DNA of 64,000 bases from assembly GCA_002811645.1 (NCBI GenBank), contig PDIP01000056.1:62001-126000 (forward strand). The letters are read 5' to 3'. The first letter of the stretch is position 1. Every line of letters starts with the position of its first letter. Shown piece after piece: positions 25,179-35,858 of the stretch. The notes beneath the pieces were generated by a model. The model worked only from the letters and a program-made list of their open reading frames with translations, had not been told where the DNA came from and made no database searches. Source of the stretch: Corallochytrium limacisporum Hawaii (taxonomy: Eukaryota > Protista > Pluriformea). Position numbers and translations under genes: made by a program.

Positions 25179-26459
25179 TCACTTTTCGACAACCTCACCT
25201 TCTCCTTGTCCCCTGGTCGAAACGTCGCCGGCGAGGACAGTGCGGTCCTTCAGAATGTGGACCGAGTTCTCCTTATCATGTTTCATGCGGCATTCACGGT
25301 GCCACCATGTGCCATCGGGACCCATGTCACGTTCGGCATGGTACACAGTCTTTTGGCACTTGCCACAGGACGGCTGCTTTCCTGTGTTGACTTTAACCTG
25401 CCTACGCCACAGAGAGCCGCCAGTATTCATGGCTTGAGGGTCATACTCGTGGGCGCCAGTAGCCGCCCCCTTGATGCGAGTGTCAATACCTGGCTGATCT
25501 GGGTTAATTGGTCCCTTCTCAGAGTTTTCCTTCACTTGGGCACTCTTCACCATACCAGCAATGCGCTTGGATTCACCATTGTGGGTGGCATCCCACGCAT
25601 CAGAACACTTCTGGCAGGCGGGGCCAGAGGGTAGAATGGAAATGGGATGGCTAGCATCAAGCTCAGTTTTGCAACCGTTGCAAACGAGACATTCGCGGTG
25701 ATAGTGATGGTCGTCAAAGATAACGAATTCAGAAATGAGTTGCCCATGACAGGTAGAGCAGGTTGTGCTGAAAGTGGCCTGATAGCATTCCTGATGCCAG
25801 GGGGCACCTTGGTACCTGACGAAACTGAGTTCTTCAAATTGCTTGGTGCAGCCACCACACACAAAGCATTCCTTGTGATAGTGTGTTTTTTTGTCTTGCA
25901 TGGTGATCTGTCCAGAAAAGATCTCCATTTTGCAGCTTTCGCACTTGTCGATACCATCGCTCTCTCCTGTGTCAGGGGAGTTCTTGCGGGCGGATTGAGC
26001 AGCAGGAGGTGGTGTTTTCAAAGATCCAGACTGTTTACGGGCCTTTAACTGCTCCAATTTCTCCTGGGAGTCACAGTTGGGGCACACTAAGTAACCTTCA
26101 AACGTGAAAAACGAAGACTCGATTTCCATGTCACAGCTGGCACACCGCACACATTCCGGATGGTAGTGGGTCTCGCCAATGATGACACTATCGCCCTTGA
26201 TGGCAACGCCACAAGTGGGGCAGTCCTGATAGCTGAAGCAGCTTTGGTGAAATAGCCTTCCGATGTCGTCCTTTACGAACTGGGCCTCATCAGAGACTCC
26301 CGGCGCGATCGCTTTGCCACACTTGGCACAGTCGCCTGCCTTGTACTTCCTGGCATAGCAAGGTTTGCAGTAAACACCATTGTCGTCACGACCCAAAACA
26401 GCGTCTCCATTCTCGCCGCCCTTGAGGCCGCAGTTGCACTGTTGACAAGTCAGTCCCAT
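25179..26459 (-). CDS. Multi-LIM domain protein
   Basis: Three complete LIMs (CxxC...HxxCxxCxxC...C/HxxC) plus partial fingers at the N-terminus and a CRP-like CGKCQKTVYHAE...WWHREC finger at the C-terminus. Confidence 0.9.
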   Translation of the reverse strand: MGLTCQQCNCGLKGGENGDAVLGRDDNGVYCKPCYARKYKAGDCAKCGKAIAPGVSDEAQFVKDDIGRLFHQSCFSYQDCPTCGVAIKGDSVIIGETHYHPECVRCASCDMEIESSFFTFEGYLVCPNCDSQEKLEQLKARKQSGSLKTPPPAAQSARKNSPDTGESDGIDKCESCKMEIFSGQITMQDKKTHYHKECFVCGGCTKQFEELSFVRYQGAPWHQECYQATFSTTCSTCHGQLISEFVIFDDHHYHRECLVCNGCKTELDASHPISILPSGPACQKCSDAWDATHNGESKRIAGMVKSAQVKENSEKGPINPDQPGIDTRIKGAATGAHEYDPQAMNTGGSLWRRQVKVNTGKQPSCGKCQKTVYHAERDMGPDGTWWHRECRMKHDKENSVHILKDRTVLAGDVSTRGQGEGEVVEK

Positions 26460-26860
26460 GACTGTTAATCTCTCAAATCACAAATTTTCTGGTCTTTGAC
26501 TCGCCCATACGTATACACACGTGCAAGTGCACAAACTAGTTGTTGCAAAGAATAAACCATTCTTCTCTTGAAGGAGCTTGACCTTAATAGTTTGGCTCCG
26601 GCCAAGGTCACGGTACTATCAACTTTCAAATGTCTGCGTGAATTTTCTTCACGCGAACTGTCCCGTATCCCTGCCTCTTTGTGTGCGCAGAAGGAGGCTT
26701 CCTGTTTGGGTTGATTGGGTTTGGGTATCTAGGAGTTATTTTACAGTCATATTTAGATTACCGCTTTTCATCTGAAACAATCATTACCCCCCCCCGGGGG
26801 GGGACCCTCCTCCGTATACGCAGGCTTCGGACGAATCTCCAGCGGGTCCCCTTCAATTCG

Positions 26861-26902
26861 ACCAATCAGAGAGTTGCGTCCTGCCATGGGCCTCTGATTG
26901 GT
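26861..26902. promoter_or_regulatory. Inverted pair of CCAAT (NF-Y-type) boxes upstream of the LIM gene
   Basis: ACCAATCAGAG (26861-26871) and CTCTGATTGGT (26892-26902) form a perfect 11-bp inverted repeat with a 20-nt spacer. Confidence 0.5.
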
Positions 26903-27148
26903 TATGGTAGCCGATCCGTGAAGCAAATATTGGCGAAAGGAGAGTGCATTTCAGAGGGACCGGGAAAATCCTGCGGAACTGCAAGTCTCAGTACTGACAA
27001 AGTTGGTGTCCAAATGTATAATACTGGTTAATCTGTTTATAGGCAGAACCATTGATATAAAGAATATTAGGAACGATTTATTTATGAACAAAAACTTAAC
27101 GATACTGTGCTCGGTTGTGCATGTTTGTGTGCGCGCCCCAGCGGAACG

Positions 27149-29326
27149 CTACAGGATGTCTATCTCAGCATCTTCACCGTCGGAGGCGGCACGGATTTGC
27201 AGTACTTCTTCGTCTTTGAACCGCAGAACCGGTCGCTGACCCCCGTCGTAGTCAACAGAATTGCTCCGCTGTGCACGTTTCTTGATCTGCTGGCTGCTTC
27301 TCTGTCTCTGTTTGACACGTGACCTTGACTTACGCTTGGCTTCGTGGTCCCCAATCTGCGGTCGAACGTCGTGGATGCTGCGAGAGTTGCTTGAATGCCG
27401 CCTACTGCGCCTTGCACTCGTCATGGCAAGATCGTGGTGTGTGCTGCTGTGATCAAGGGACGACTTTCGCGGCTTCTTCGAAATAATATTTCCCATTAAG
27501 TCGCCGGCTGAGCTATTGCTGATCACATCCCATTCCTTAGCCTTTCGGTCCTTGTCGATGACGTTGACAGTACTATCACAGAGACCAAGTAGTTGCTGGC
27601 TGACGGCGCGAGATGTCGCTTTGTCGACAGTGCCAGTAATGTCTACCACAACATCCTCGGCATCTTCTGAGCGCTTGGACTTGGTTTCTACTGTAGTGGT
27701 CTCCGAGGCAGAGAGGTTCCCATTTCCCGAAGTGACATGCTTGCCCTCAATTGATGCAAGCAATTGTGCGGCAGCATCCCGGGTTCCAGGATCTTCCGCA
27801 ATATCCATCCAATCACTGTCCATCTTGTTTGTGACCGAGACACTATCATTGACAGCGGGGATAGCCATGTTCGATGGTGCCGGAGAGGCCGCTCCTATTG
27901 TTTTCGCATCCCGGAGAGCGTTATTAGGAAGGGAACGAAGACGCCGACGGCGCTCTCTAAAGACGCCCACTCCGTCAACACTCTTGGTTCGCACTAGATC
28001 ACCTGGCTGTCCAGCTCCCACTACACCGGCCACATGTGGTGCCTGCTCAACAAAATCACTTGAACCTGGCGTATCCTCCAAAATCGGAGGTGGAATCCGT
28101 GATCCAACACCCCAAATCAGAATACCGGCACTCTCACTAAGATAGTCGTTGTTGGCATCGTCAAACGACGATGGGCTGCGTTGAGAAAAGTTGTTCACGT
28201 TCATATTCATGTCATCCACTCCCATACTCACGTAAGGGCCATGCAAGGCTGACAGCAGACCAGGGTGGCTTCCTGAAGTTTCATTGTACGGCGCACGCGG
28301 TGTGGACGAACTCAATTTCATCAGTGCCTCATTGTGCTTTGCTTTGAGGGGTGTTCCATGGATCACAGTCGGAGTGGTCTTCACGGGATCAGTGCCGATG
28401 TCCTCCTTGGAGCTAACTGGATCCCTGAGACCCACAGGTGGCCAATCCAGCTTCATGTCCCGCATTTCATGGACAGGGAGATCGCTGCTGCTCCGATCAA
28501 GCCCCGTAGTGTACTGATCCGTTCCCGGTAGCAGGTCCATACTCCGAGCGGTGTCTGAAGATTGCATTTGACCGCCATTCCACGCAGTTGACATGTGTGG
28601 CACACCCTTAAGATCTAAGGGAATAATGCCAGCGAAATCTTGAAATGTTCGCTCGCGATCAAAATCAATATCGAGAGCTCCGAAGCTGTGCGCTGACGTG
28701 TACGACGAGTTATTATCAATTGCACTACCCATAACTCTCGGGCTACTTGCCGTTGATTCCGTTGCACTGGCACTGGTTGTTGTTGCTGTGGAGGCATCAC
28801 CATAGTATCCCATGGAAAATCCAGATCCATTCAGGCTGTTTCTGCTTCCATAACGACCACGTCGAGAACCTCTTAAACTTCCCCCAGGGCGTCCGAAACC
28901 CGGCCCTAACGGTGGAACAGTCATAGCCATACTGCTTGCTGCTTTCGATCCTGGTGGTGTTGGTGTGGTGCTGCTCACGTCATATGAAGATCGTCCCCTG
29001 GGTCTGGTGCTTTGATTCTTGTTGTGGCCAACCAGATAGTCACCCGGTGTTACAGTACTCCATGTCGTTAATCCCATAATGTCCCCCATTTCAAGAGGGC
29101 GTCGCGGGTACATGCGACGTATCGGTCGCTGCTGTGGCCATTCTTGCGCCTGTGGCCTTAATTGGTTTGTTTTGTCGTACAGATTTGCAGGACTTGTCCT
29201 ACGCAAATCGCTGGCAAGCGCGAGACCGCTGTCGTCGGCTGGGATTTCGCCCTGGTATGTGTTCTGCATTGAGCCCCATTCCATGGTCGCTGATAACTTC
29301 TGATTAAATTTGCAAGGTGTGCACAT
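27149..29326 (-). CDS. Hypothetical S/T/R-rich, probably disordered protein
   Basis: >700-codon ORF with no recognisable domain. ATG at 29326 or 29284. Confidence 0.75.
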   Translation of the reverse strand: MCTPCKFNQKLSATMEWGSMQNTYQGEIPADDSGLALASDLRRTSPANLYDKTNQLRPQAQEWPQQRPIRRMYPRRPLEMGDIMGLTTWSTVTPGDYLVGHNKNQSTRPRGRSSYDVSSTTPTPPGSKAASSMAMTVPPLGPGFGRPGGSLRGSRRGRYGSRNSLNGSGFSMGYYGDASTATTTSASATESTASSPRVMGSAIDNNSSYTSAHSFGALDIDFDRERTFQDFAGIIPLDLKGVPHMSTAWNGGQMQSSDTARSMDLLPGTDQYTTGLDRSSSDLPVHEMRDMKLDWPPVGLRDPVSSKEDIGTDPVKTTPTVIHGTPLKAKHNEALMKLSSSTPRAPYNETSGSHPGLLSALHGPYVSMGVDDMNMNVNNFSQRSPSSFDDANNDYLSESAGILIWGVGSRIPPPILEDTPGSSDFVEQAPHVAGVVGAGQPGDLVRTKSVDGVGVFRERRRRLRSLPNNALRDAKTIGAASPAPSNMAIPAVNDSVSVTNKMDSDWMDIAEDPGTRDAAAQLLASIEGKHVTSGNGNLSASETTTVETKSKRSEDAEDVVVDITGTVDKATSRAVSQQLLGLCDSTVNVIDKDRKAKEWDVISNSSAGDLMGNIISKKPRKSSLDHSSTHHDLAMTSARRSRRHSSNSRSIHDVRPQIGDHEAKRKSRSRVKQRQRSSQQIKKRAQRSNSVDYDGGQRPVLRFKDEEVLQIRAASDGEDAEIDIL

Positions 29327-30653
29327 CCAAAAGGACGTCACTTGGCCAAATAGTGTACCTACATCTCAGGACGCCACTTCAAACGTCTCCTTAAAGTTTG
29401 TACGCACGCTCTCGCCGCAAAAGCATAGAATTCTATCTTATTAACACGAGGCAAATTTTCCTTTGGCAGTTTCCTGATTCTAGTTCCCTTAAATAAGTGC
29501 AAACTAAATAAATAAAAAAAGAAAGGGACCACATATATATCCTTACCCGCTCAGGACGCCCTCCGGCAGTACTCCGACTCTCCTCCAGAAACCACGAAGA
29601 TTCGGCGACGGGGTCTGAGAGCGGCGGCACACATAGTTTCACTATATTGGGCAACCGTGGCTGTCTTAGATGCGAAGCCTGTTTCGCAAAAATGGGGAGA
29701 TCAGGCGGGGTCAGTGGGGTGCGCTGGACACACATTTGCAGTAATGGTAAAGGTTAGTGCTGTAGAAGAAAACCACGACGGTCCCACTAATGCAGCAGCT
29801 CAACTGCCCCGCCGGCCCCCGCAGGTTGAAGGGGAGAAATCATGAAAAGCCATGAGTGTGCCAAATCAGACGATTTGGGTACTGGCATTTTTTCTCAGCA
29901 GCAAGTAGTGGGTCGGGCCCTTTTCAACTGTCTCAATCCTTACCGCCTTCCCTACCTATCTCCACATCAATTTTTCTGGCTGCGCTGCCCCTCTCACCCA
30001 AGAAAAGGAGGGATCCAGTAGTGAATTTACTTTGCAATTGCGCTTATGCAACCCTTCCGCGGTCACCCTTTCTTCAGCATGAAATGTTGCTAGCCTTGGT
30101 GCATTGGCATGCACGGGAAAGTTACCTGCTCGGCGGTGAGCGCACTATGCTTGTGGTAGTAGTGCCTTGAAACATGTTGCGATCAGCTTCCCGGCGGGTT
30201 GCAACGCATCATCACTCGAGTACCGTCTCTCAGCAAAATTGAGTTCGCATCGTTGCCTGCCATCGTTGAGGAACGATTCACTTGATAAATCATTCCTAGT
30301 GAGAGCATTCTCTCGTAATCACCACTAATACAAAACAATTGATGTGCTTATGACCAGTGGATTTATCGCTTTTGAAGTGGTATATTCAATATTCGATAGC
30401 TTCAAATTTACTGTGCAAAGCTGAGCGCACAGTGGTCATCCAAGTTTAACCACGGCCCCCGAATTCAATGCTTCCATATTCAAAAATAAATGAGATCATA
30501 CTTTGACAGAAAATATTGACCATGAGGAACGGGCTCATATACTTGAATTAATCCAAACCATGATCATTGAATCAACAGACTTGCTAATTTAAATTGCATG
30601 TATGTATGAATTCATATATTGAATCCGTCTGGTAGAAGTCCTTTAAATTGAAT

Positions 30654-32234
30654 TCAGCTACACAAATCGTTACTATGTTCACAAAGCCATTTCGCAACAT
30701 AGCGACCCATTTCGGACCTCATTTCATCAAGTCCTGCTGCTTCACCGTCAAACTTTTTATGCATATTTGCACAATGGGCGGATGCAGGATTGAAGGAAAT
30801 TGAGATGTGTGGACGATCGCTCTGAAGTATGCTAAGCGCGTGCCAAGGGTCGATGCCACCGTTTAGAAATAGGATATTGGAACCCGCAAACGCCTTACCT
30901 CCGTAGCGACGATTGATCTCAGACGTGGGAGGACGATTCAATGATCCATACAAATCCTGGCAGAGTTGAAGCCAGTAATTCAGTGGACTATGTGTCCCGA
31001 AGATATCGTATTTTCCATGCATTTTGTCGGATCCATCTGTAGTCTGATAATAACCAAACTCGTAGCAGGTTTGCCAGAGCCAGCTGCGCTGTGCTGTGTA
31101 GGCGGGACTGCGCAGCATTCCCAGAGAGGCATCGTACGAGGTGTCTATGCACTTGCCTGGCGGCAAGTCAAAGAGCTTGTAGTAAGCGTGCGCCAGGGCG
31201 AGCAGATCGTTCTCTGGAGCAGTTCGGCCGAGGATAACATTGCAAAAATCCTCCACTGTAGGTTGACCAGGGATCTCCGCATTGTATTGAGTCATGCCCA
31301 TGATGGTTCCAGCCAGGAAATCCATCAGCGAGGCATCATCGTCAACGTCAGGCTTCAATTCACAGACATTAAAGGCAGAGGCTAGAAGCCTGCGGTCTTC
31401 TGTGTCCCGGCGGTCATTGAGGATAATATCGATGGCACTGAATGCCTTGCGCACACGATCTTCACAAGCACCGCCCCCGTAGTATCGCAGGGCATGGGCC
31501 ACCACCTCCAGGTACTGGTAAAAGTCAGTTTCGGCCTCCACAGGAGCACTGCTCGCAATGCTACCTATGGCCAAGTGCGGATACTTCAGTCGGTACCACG
31601 CACTCAGATTGCCAGGGTAGCTCCCGCCAAACACAATGACTGGCGTAGACTTAGGCACATGGAAGTGCTCAAAGGCCCAGGCCTGGAAACGGGCCAAATC
31701 CTCAAGTGCCTGTGCGCTGCTTAAGTATTCCAAGCTACGCACACTGAGATCTGGAAGTGGGCGTGATTCTCCATAGAAGCGGTGTTCAGGGGCTAGCAAG
31801 AGCGCACCGTGCTCTTCAGCCAAGTCGACATAGTATAGATTGGTAACATAACCCATGCCAATAGCGCCTTCCCCTCCAATTTGAATAAAGACAGGGCCAG
31901 TGTGGTTGTAGAAATCCGTGCGCCAGGCGAATCGTTGACTCCAACGACGTTCGTCGCTCAAATCAAAGTGATCCAGTCTCTGGTCATGATAAAAGTCCAT
32001 GCCCATCGTTTCATTGGAAGGCTTGTCTGACGAATTATTCATGACGAGAGAACTCTCCTTGAGGTCCCCTCGCTGTTCCAGCACATAGCTCACGCCACCT
32101 CCAATGCCAAACACGTACGTGCCTGTGGCTTCCATATACGGCACAGAATCTTTGGGTCTGTGAATTGCCTCGCAGCTGGCTTGGGCAACAAAAGCCACAA
32201 GTGCCAGCACGATAGAGCGATACATTCTTGACAT
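30654..32234 (-). CDS. Secreted/lysosomal serine peptidase family S28 (PRSS16/PRCP/DPP7-like)
   Basis: Signal peptide; QRLDHF, EHRFYGES, QALEDLA, nucleophile GGSYPG, ASSAPV, NGGIDPW, SAHCANM. Confidence 0.95.
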   Translation of the reverse strand: MSRMYRSIVLALVAFVAQASCEAIHRPKDSVPYMEATGTYVFGIGGGVSYVLEQRGDLKESSLVMNNSSDKPSNETMGMDFYHDQRLDHFDLSDERRWSQRFAWRTDFYNHTGPVFIQIGGEGAIGMGYVTNLYYVDLAEEHGALLLAPEHRFYGESRPLPDLSVRSLEYLSSAQALEDLARFQAWAFEHFHVPKSTPVIVFGGSYPGNLSAWYRLKYPHLAIGSIASSAPVEAETDFYQYLEVVAHALRYYGGGACEDRVRKAFSAIDIILNDRRDTEDRRLLASAFNVCELKPDVDDDASLMDFLAGTIMGMTQYNAEIPGQPTVEDFCNVILGRTAPENDLLALAHAYYKLFDLPPGKCIDTSYDASLGMLRSPAYTAQRSWLWQTCYEFGYYQTTDGSDKMHGKYDIFGTHSPLNYWLQLCQDLYGSLNRPPTSEINRRYGGKAFAGSNILFLNGGIDPWHALSILQSDRPHISISFNPASAHCANMHKKFDGEAAGLDEMRSEMGRYVAKWLCEHSNDLCS

Positions 32235-32975
32235 CTGCTATCACCACGGCCTCTGCAACGCCTTTCTGTTGCTTGTGGCGCCATAAAGTGTGACAATCCA
32301 ATGTCACTCCGATTGTTGCGGATGAACGAATAAGTTGGAATAGGTTTGGAAGAACATCTTCACTTATTTGCTATCGTTACAAAAGGAGTGGAAAGTACAC
32401 ACTATGTCTCCTGTACACACACTCTGGTCACTAGCGTGTGTGGTAATGAATACTGTGCATTAGTTCCGGACATGGACCTTATTTCAGCCGCCACGGTCTC
32501 TCTTGCTCCGGTTTGCACGCACAGAAAAACTGCCGCTTTGGGAACCAACCAGGGGAAGCAATGCGTACAAGAGCAACAAAGAAAATGTCAAGACGGCGCG
32601 AGTCAGCGGGGAAGGAGAATGTCTTCGTCGCTCAATGAAATGGTTACAAGAGCAAGAACCATTTATCCAAACCGGGGAGATCCTAAGTCCCTACGTTCGC
32701 CCTCCCGTCCTCCCTGCCATTTTATTTCCAGCCGGCCCGCTTACAATAAACCCCCAACCCACCCACGCGACCCGCTTGATTGGTGTCAAGTGCACTGGCC
32801 ACAGTAGCCTTCAGTTACTTGAAACTCAGGCCATGACACTGTTTGCGTATATGTCGCTTTGGGGATGGTAGGAGAAGGACAGTCCTCATAAATGACTTAG
32901 AAAATTCCGCTGAGGATAACGAGTATGACATAAATTCGTCCTACAGCTACAAGCGACGATATTAAGAAAGCAGCA

Positions 32976-34214
32976 ATGTCAGGCAACTTTAACGGTCCTG
33001 ATCTCGGGTTTGTTTTTGAGGTGGAAGACGAGAGGCTGTTGTCCGCATGTTTCTTTCCGTCGAAACTGGGAGGGAAACCCGCCTGGTTAGATCCTAGAGC
33101 GGCACCGAGTGCCAAGGATCTGACCTGCCGCAACTGCGATCGAATCATGCGGTTCATCCTTCAGATGTATGCACCTGTGGACTTGAGGCCGTCGTCTTTT
33201 CACCGCACTCTTTTCCTCTTTGCATGCAGTTCGCCACAGTGCTGTCGCTTGAACTGTGAGTCTGACAGTAACTTTGCCGCAGCAATAGTGATCAGACAAC
33301 AGTTGCCCAGAGTGAACGGTCTGTGGCCGGAGAGTCCCCCTGACTATGACAATCCGGCAGCCGCGGACGGTGTTACGTCTCCCGACCCTGAGCTGCACAT
33401 GTGCGCAGTGTGCGGTATTCGTGCACCGCACGTCTGTGGACAGTGTAAGAAAGTCTACTATTGCAGTCGAGAGCACCAGAAGGAGCATTGGGAAGGACTA
33501 AACGGACACAAGGAGCGTTGTGGCCAGCAGTCCGAGGAAGAGGCTGCCAAATGCACGTTGCACACATACCGCCAATTTGGTTTGGAGATGGAGGCAGAAG
33601 AAGAGTGTTTACCAGAGGGCACTACCCTAGAATCCATCCTTAAAAAGGACTTTGAAAATGACAGCGACGACGAAGACGACAATGAGGATGGAGTCACTGA
33701 CGAGGCGGAAGGGCAGCGAATCATCGATGAATGGCTGGCAAAGCACAAGAAGAAGTCAAGAGACGACAAGAGCTTTGCAGAAGAGTTCGCCGATGAGACC
33801 AAGGATGCTAAAGACTCTACGCTTATCGAGAAGGATGGTCCGGAAAAGGATCCAACATTTATCAATTTCTGCAATCGTACCAATATTGCACCTGATCAAA
33901 TTATTAGATACCAGCGCGGGGCGGAGCCATTATGGCTGAACCGAGATACTGCAATGAAAGACGACGCGCCACCCTGCGAAAAGTGTGGCAAACGTCGAAT
34001 CTTTGAATGCTCTGTACTGCCGCAGGCGCTTCATTTCCTGTGCAAGGGCATTGAGCGCAGCCAATTGAGTGCCATCGATTGGGGCCAACTCACTATCTAT
34101 ACTTGCGAAGACAGCTGCGGCGAGGCATCAGATTGCGAGACACTGACTGAGTTCGTGCACCGGCAGTTCCCGTCAGGCATGGGAAATTACTGGAAGCCTC
34201 CTGGTCAGCAGTAG
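32976..34214 (+). CDS. PDCD2: PDCD2 (MYND finger + PDCD2_C), uS5 chaperone
   Basis: PSKLGGKPAWL, LQMYAP, FHRTLFLFAC, MYND CAVCG..CGQC..YYCSREHQKEHW, QIIRY, IDWGQL. Confidence 0.95.
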   Translation: MSGNFNGPDLGFVFEVEDERLLSACFFPSKLGGKPAWLDPRAAPSAKDLTCRNCDRIMRFILQMYAPVDLRPSSFHRTLFLFACSSPQCCRLNCESDSNFAAAIVIRQQLPRVNGLWPESPPDYDNPAAADGVTSPDPELHMCAVCGIRAPHVCGQCKKVYYCSREHQKEHWEGLNGHKERCGQQSEEEAAKCTLHTYRQFGLEMEAEEECLPEGTTLESILKKDFENDSDDEDDNEDGVTDEAEGQRIIDEWLAKHKKKSRDDKSFAEEFADETKDAKDSTLIEKDGPEKDPTFINFCNRTNIAPDQIIRYQRGAEPLWLNRDTAMKDDAPPCEKCGKRRIFECSVLPQALHFLCKGIERSQLSAIDWGQLTIYTCEDSCGEASDCETLTEFVHRQFPSGMGNYWKPPGQQ

Positions 34215-34306
34215 TGAACAGTACCTTCAATCTTAAAGAACATACATGCTTTCTTGAATCATTCTCGGGTTGTGAGCCTCTAGTAGCTGGGTGTGATGAC
34301 AGTCCA

Positions 34307-35308
34307 CTACTTCGCGCACTGTGTAAACCGACGACTCCGTCTCGCAGTTACCTTCAACTTGGATGAAGATGGTGCCCTGAGTCGCCTCGACGACTCAATC
34401 GGTTCTATCTTGGGAATTTCCGATGCACCTGCCACCAGGTACTTCTCCATAAGACCAGCCAGACTTTGCAACTTATGGATTTTCGGCGCATTCCCAGATT
34501 CACGAGTCTCGACAGTAGTCACAGCCACGCTTGCATAGGTCGAGGACGCACAGTTCATATCATTCTCTTCCGCTTCATCCAAGTATAGCTGGAGATAAAT
34601 TTGTTCATCCAGAAGAGTTTTGTGCTCCTCTTGGATGGCCAGTCTAACGGCTGGCAGTACGGTATCAATGTGTAGGACGGTGAGGTACTACCCGTCCTCC
34701 TGAAAGATCTCAGGATACTCTCGACTCACACAGGAACGCGCGTCGCCGTATGGTGGACTCCTGTTGCTGTGCAGTCCAGAGGTTCGGCGAATGGTGCTAC
34801 CCAAAGAGACATCTTTTTCTGTTCTTGTCCGTGGATGTCGGTTGAATGATTCTTTTGGATCAGAATACGTTGAAGAACTATGCACTGCCTTTTACTAAGG
34901 GTGCTTCTAAACACCTCTTGCGAGCCTACAGTAACCCTCAATTCTTCCAAGGCTTCCGCGAATCCAAGCACCTGCCGCACTAACCGTTTGCGAATCTGAG
35001 GAGCTTAGGTTGGGAACTACCCCGCTCTCTTGTGCATAACTCCGGCAGAGCAGTCTTCTGAGTGGGCGGAGGAGGAAAGTCGCCTCGATGCCTAATATAC
35101 TCAGACACCAAGGCTCGCATAAACTCCAGACTTTGCCTCTCTTCTTCAGCTTTCGCTAGCCTACCTTCTCCGATGATCGAACGCACCTCATCTCTTTCCG
35201 CGGGCGGGACTTTTCTGCAATGGCAGTCTACACGCTCGGGATCGTGTAGGGTGCGTCGTCGCCTGTGACCTGCGACATTGCTAACTGGCGTGACTTCAAC
35301 TAGGTCCT
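34307..35308 (-). other. Chain of protein-like reading frames (exons or pseudogene fragments) downstream of the DASH-like ORF
   Basis: Overlapping open frames EDLVEV...FANG, APQIRK...RVPV, ...QEDG*YLTVLHID...QCAK*. The final stop lies 92 bp from the convergent PDCD2 stop, similar to other convergent pairs here. Confidence 0.4.
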
Positions 35309-35479
35309 CTTAGACATTCGCTCACTCCACGATGTGGATGCAGTCTTCAGAGTGAGGTGAGACTCATGCAGTTGCTGTGACTCTGCGTTGCAAACAGCCA
35401 GGGCGTTCCGAAACGCTAGCAGAGATTCATTGATAGTGTGCAGTGTTCTGAGTTCTCTAACCTTGTCTCTGTCCGGCAT
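35300..35479 (-). CDS. 59-codon ORF resembling DASH/Dam1-complex subunits Duo1/Dad2; possibly exon 1 of a longer gene ending at 34307
   Basis: MPDRDKVRELRTLHTINESLLAFRNALAVCNAESQQLHESHLTLKTASTSW(SERMSKRT*). The EL..L..INE...L heptad pattern with Trp 42 residues after the E of EL matches recalled Duo1/Dad2 spacing. Below the ORF track's size cut-off. Confidence 0.5.
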   Translation of the reverse strand: MPDRDKVRELRTLHTINESLLAFRNALAVCNAESQQLHESHLTLKTASTSWSERMSKRT

Positions 35480-35858
35480 TTGGAAAAGTGTCCTTCTGGC
35501 TGCGATGCTTAACTCCTACTGCATGGTAAAGGTTTCTCGGCCACCTATTGCTGTGCTCCCAACTCCCATGTCTAATGTCAAAGTACCTCACACCCCCCAG
35601 CGACTCAACTGAGCCCAGACACGATCTAGGTGCTCACTTTCATCAAATTGGTGCCTCAATTCAGACCCATGAGACGCAGCAAACGGGATCCGAGCCAGAA
35701 ATCCCCTCCCCCTCCTTCGAAAAGGGGAGGGGGGAAATCAACGTCACGCGACGAGTCAATTGAGTGCCAAGTGGGCTACTTCTGAGTGAATAGCAATAGC
35801 ATTTTCAGCAAGTTATACCTAGAATGTATTAGAATAGTGTTACAGTATCATAGTTATC

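Noticed and set aside
34688-35518. TAG reassignment to explain in-frame TAGs in the broken gene
   Set aside because: TAG terminates conserved genes in this window (THADA, PDCD2, SERINC, claudin-like), so the code is standard apart from Sec
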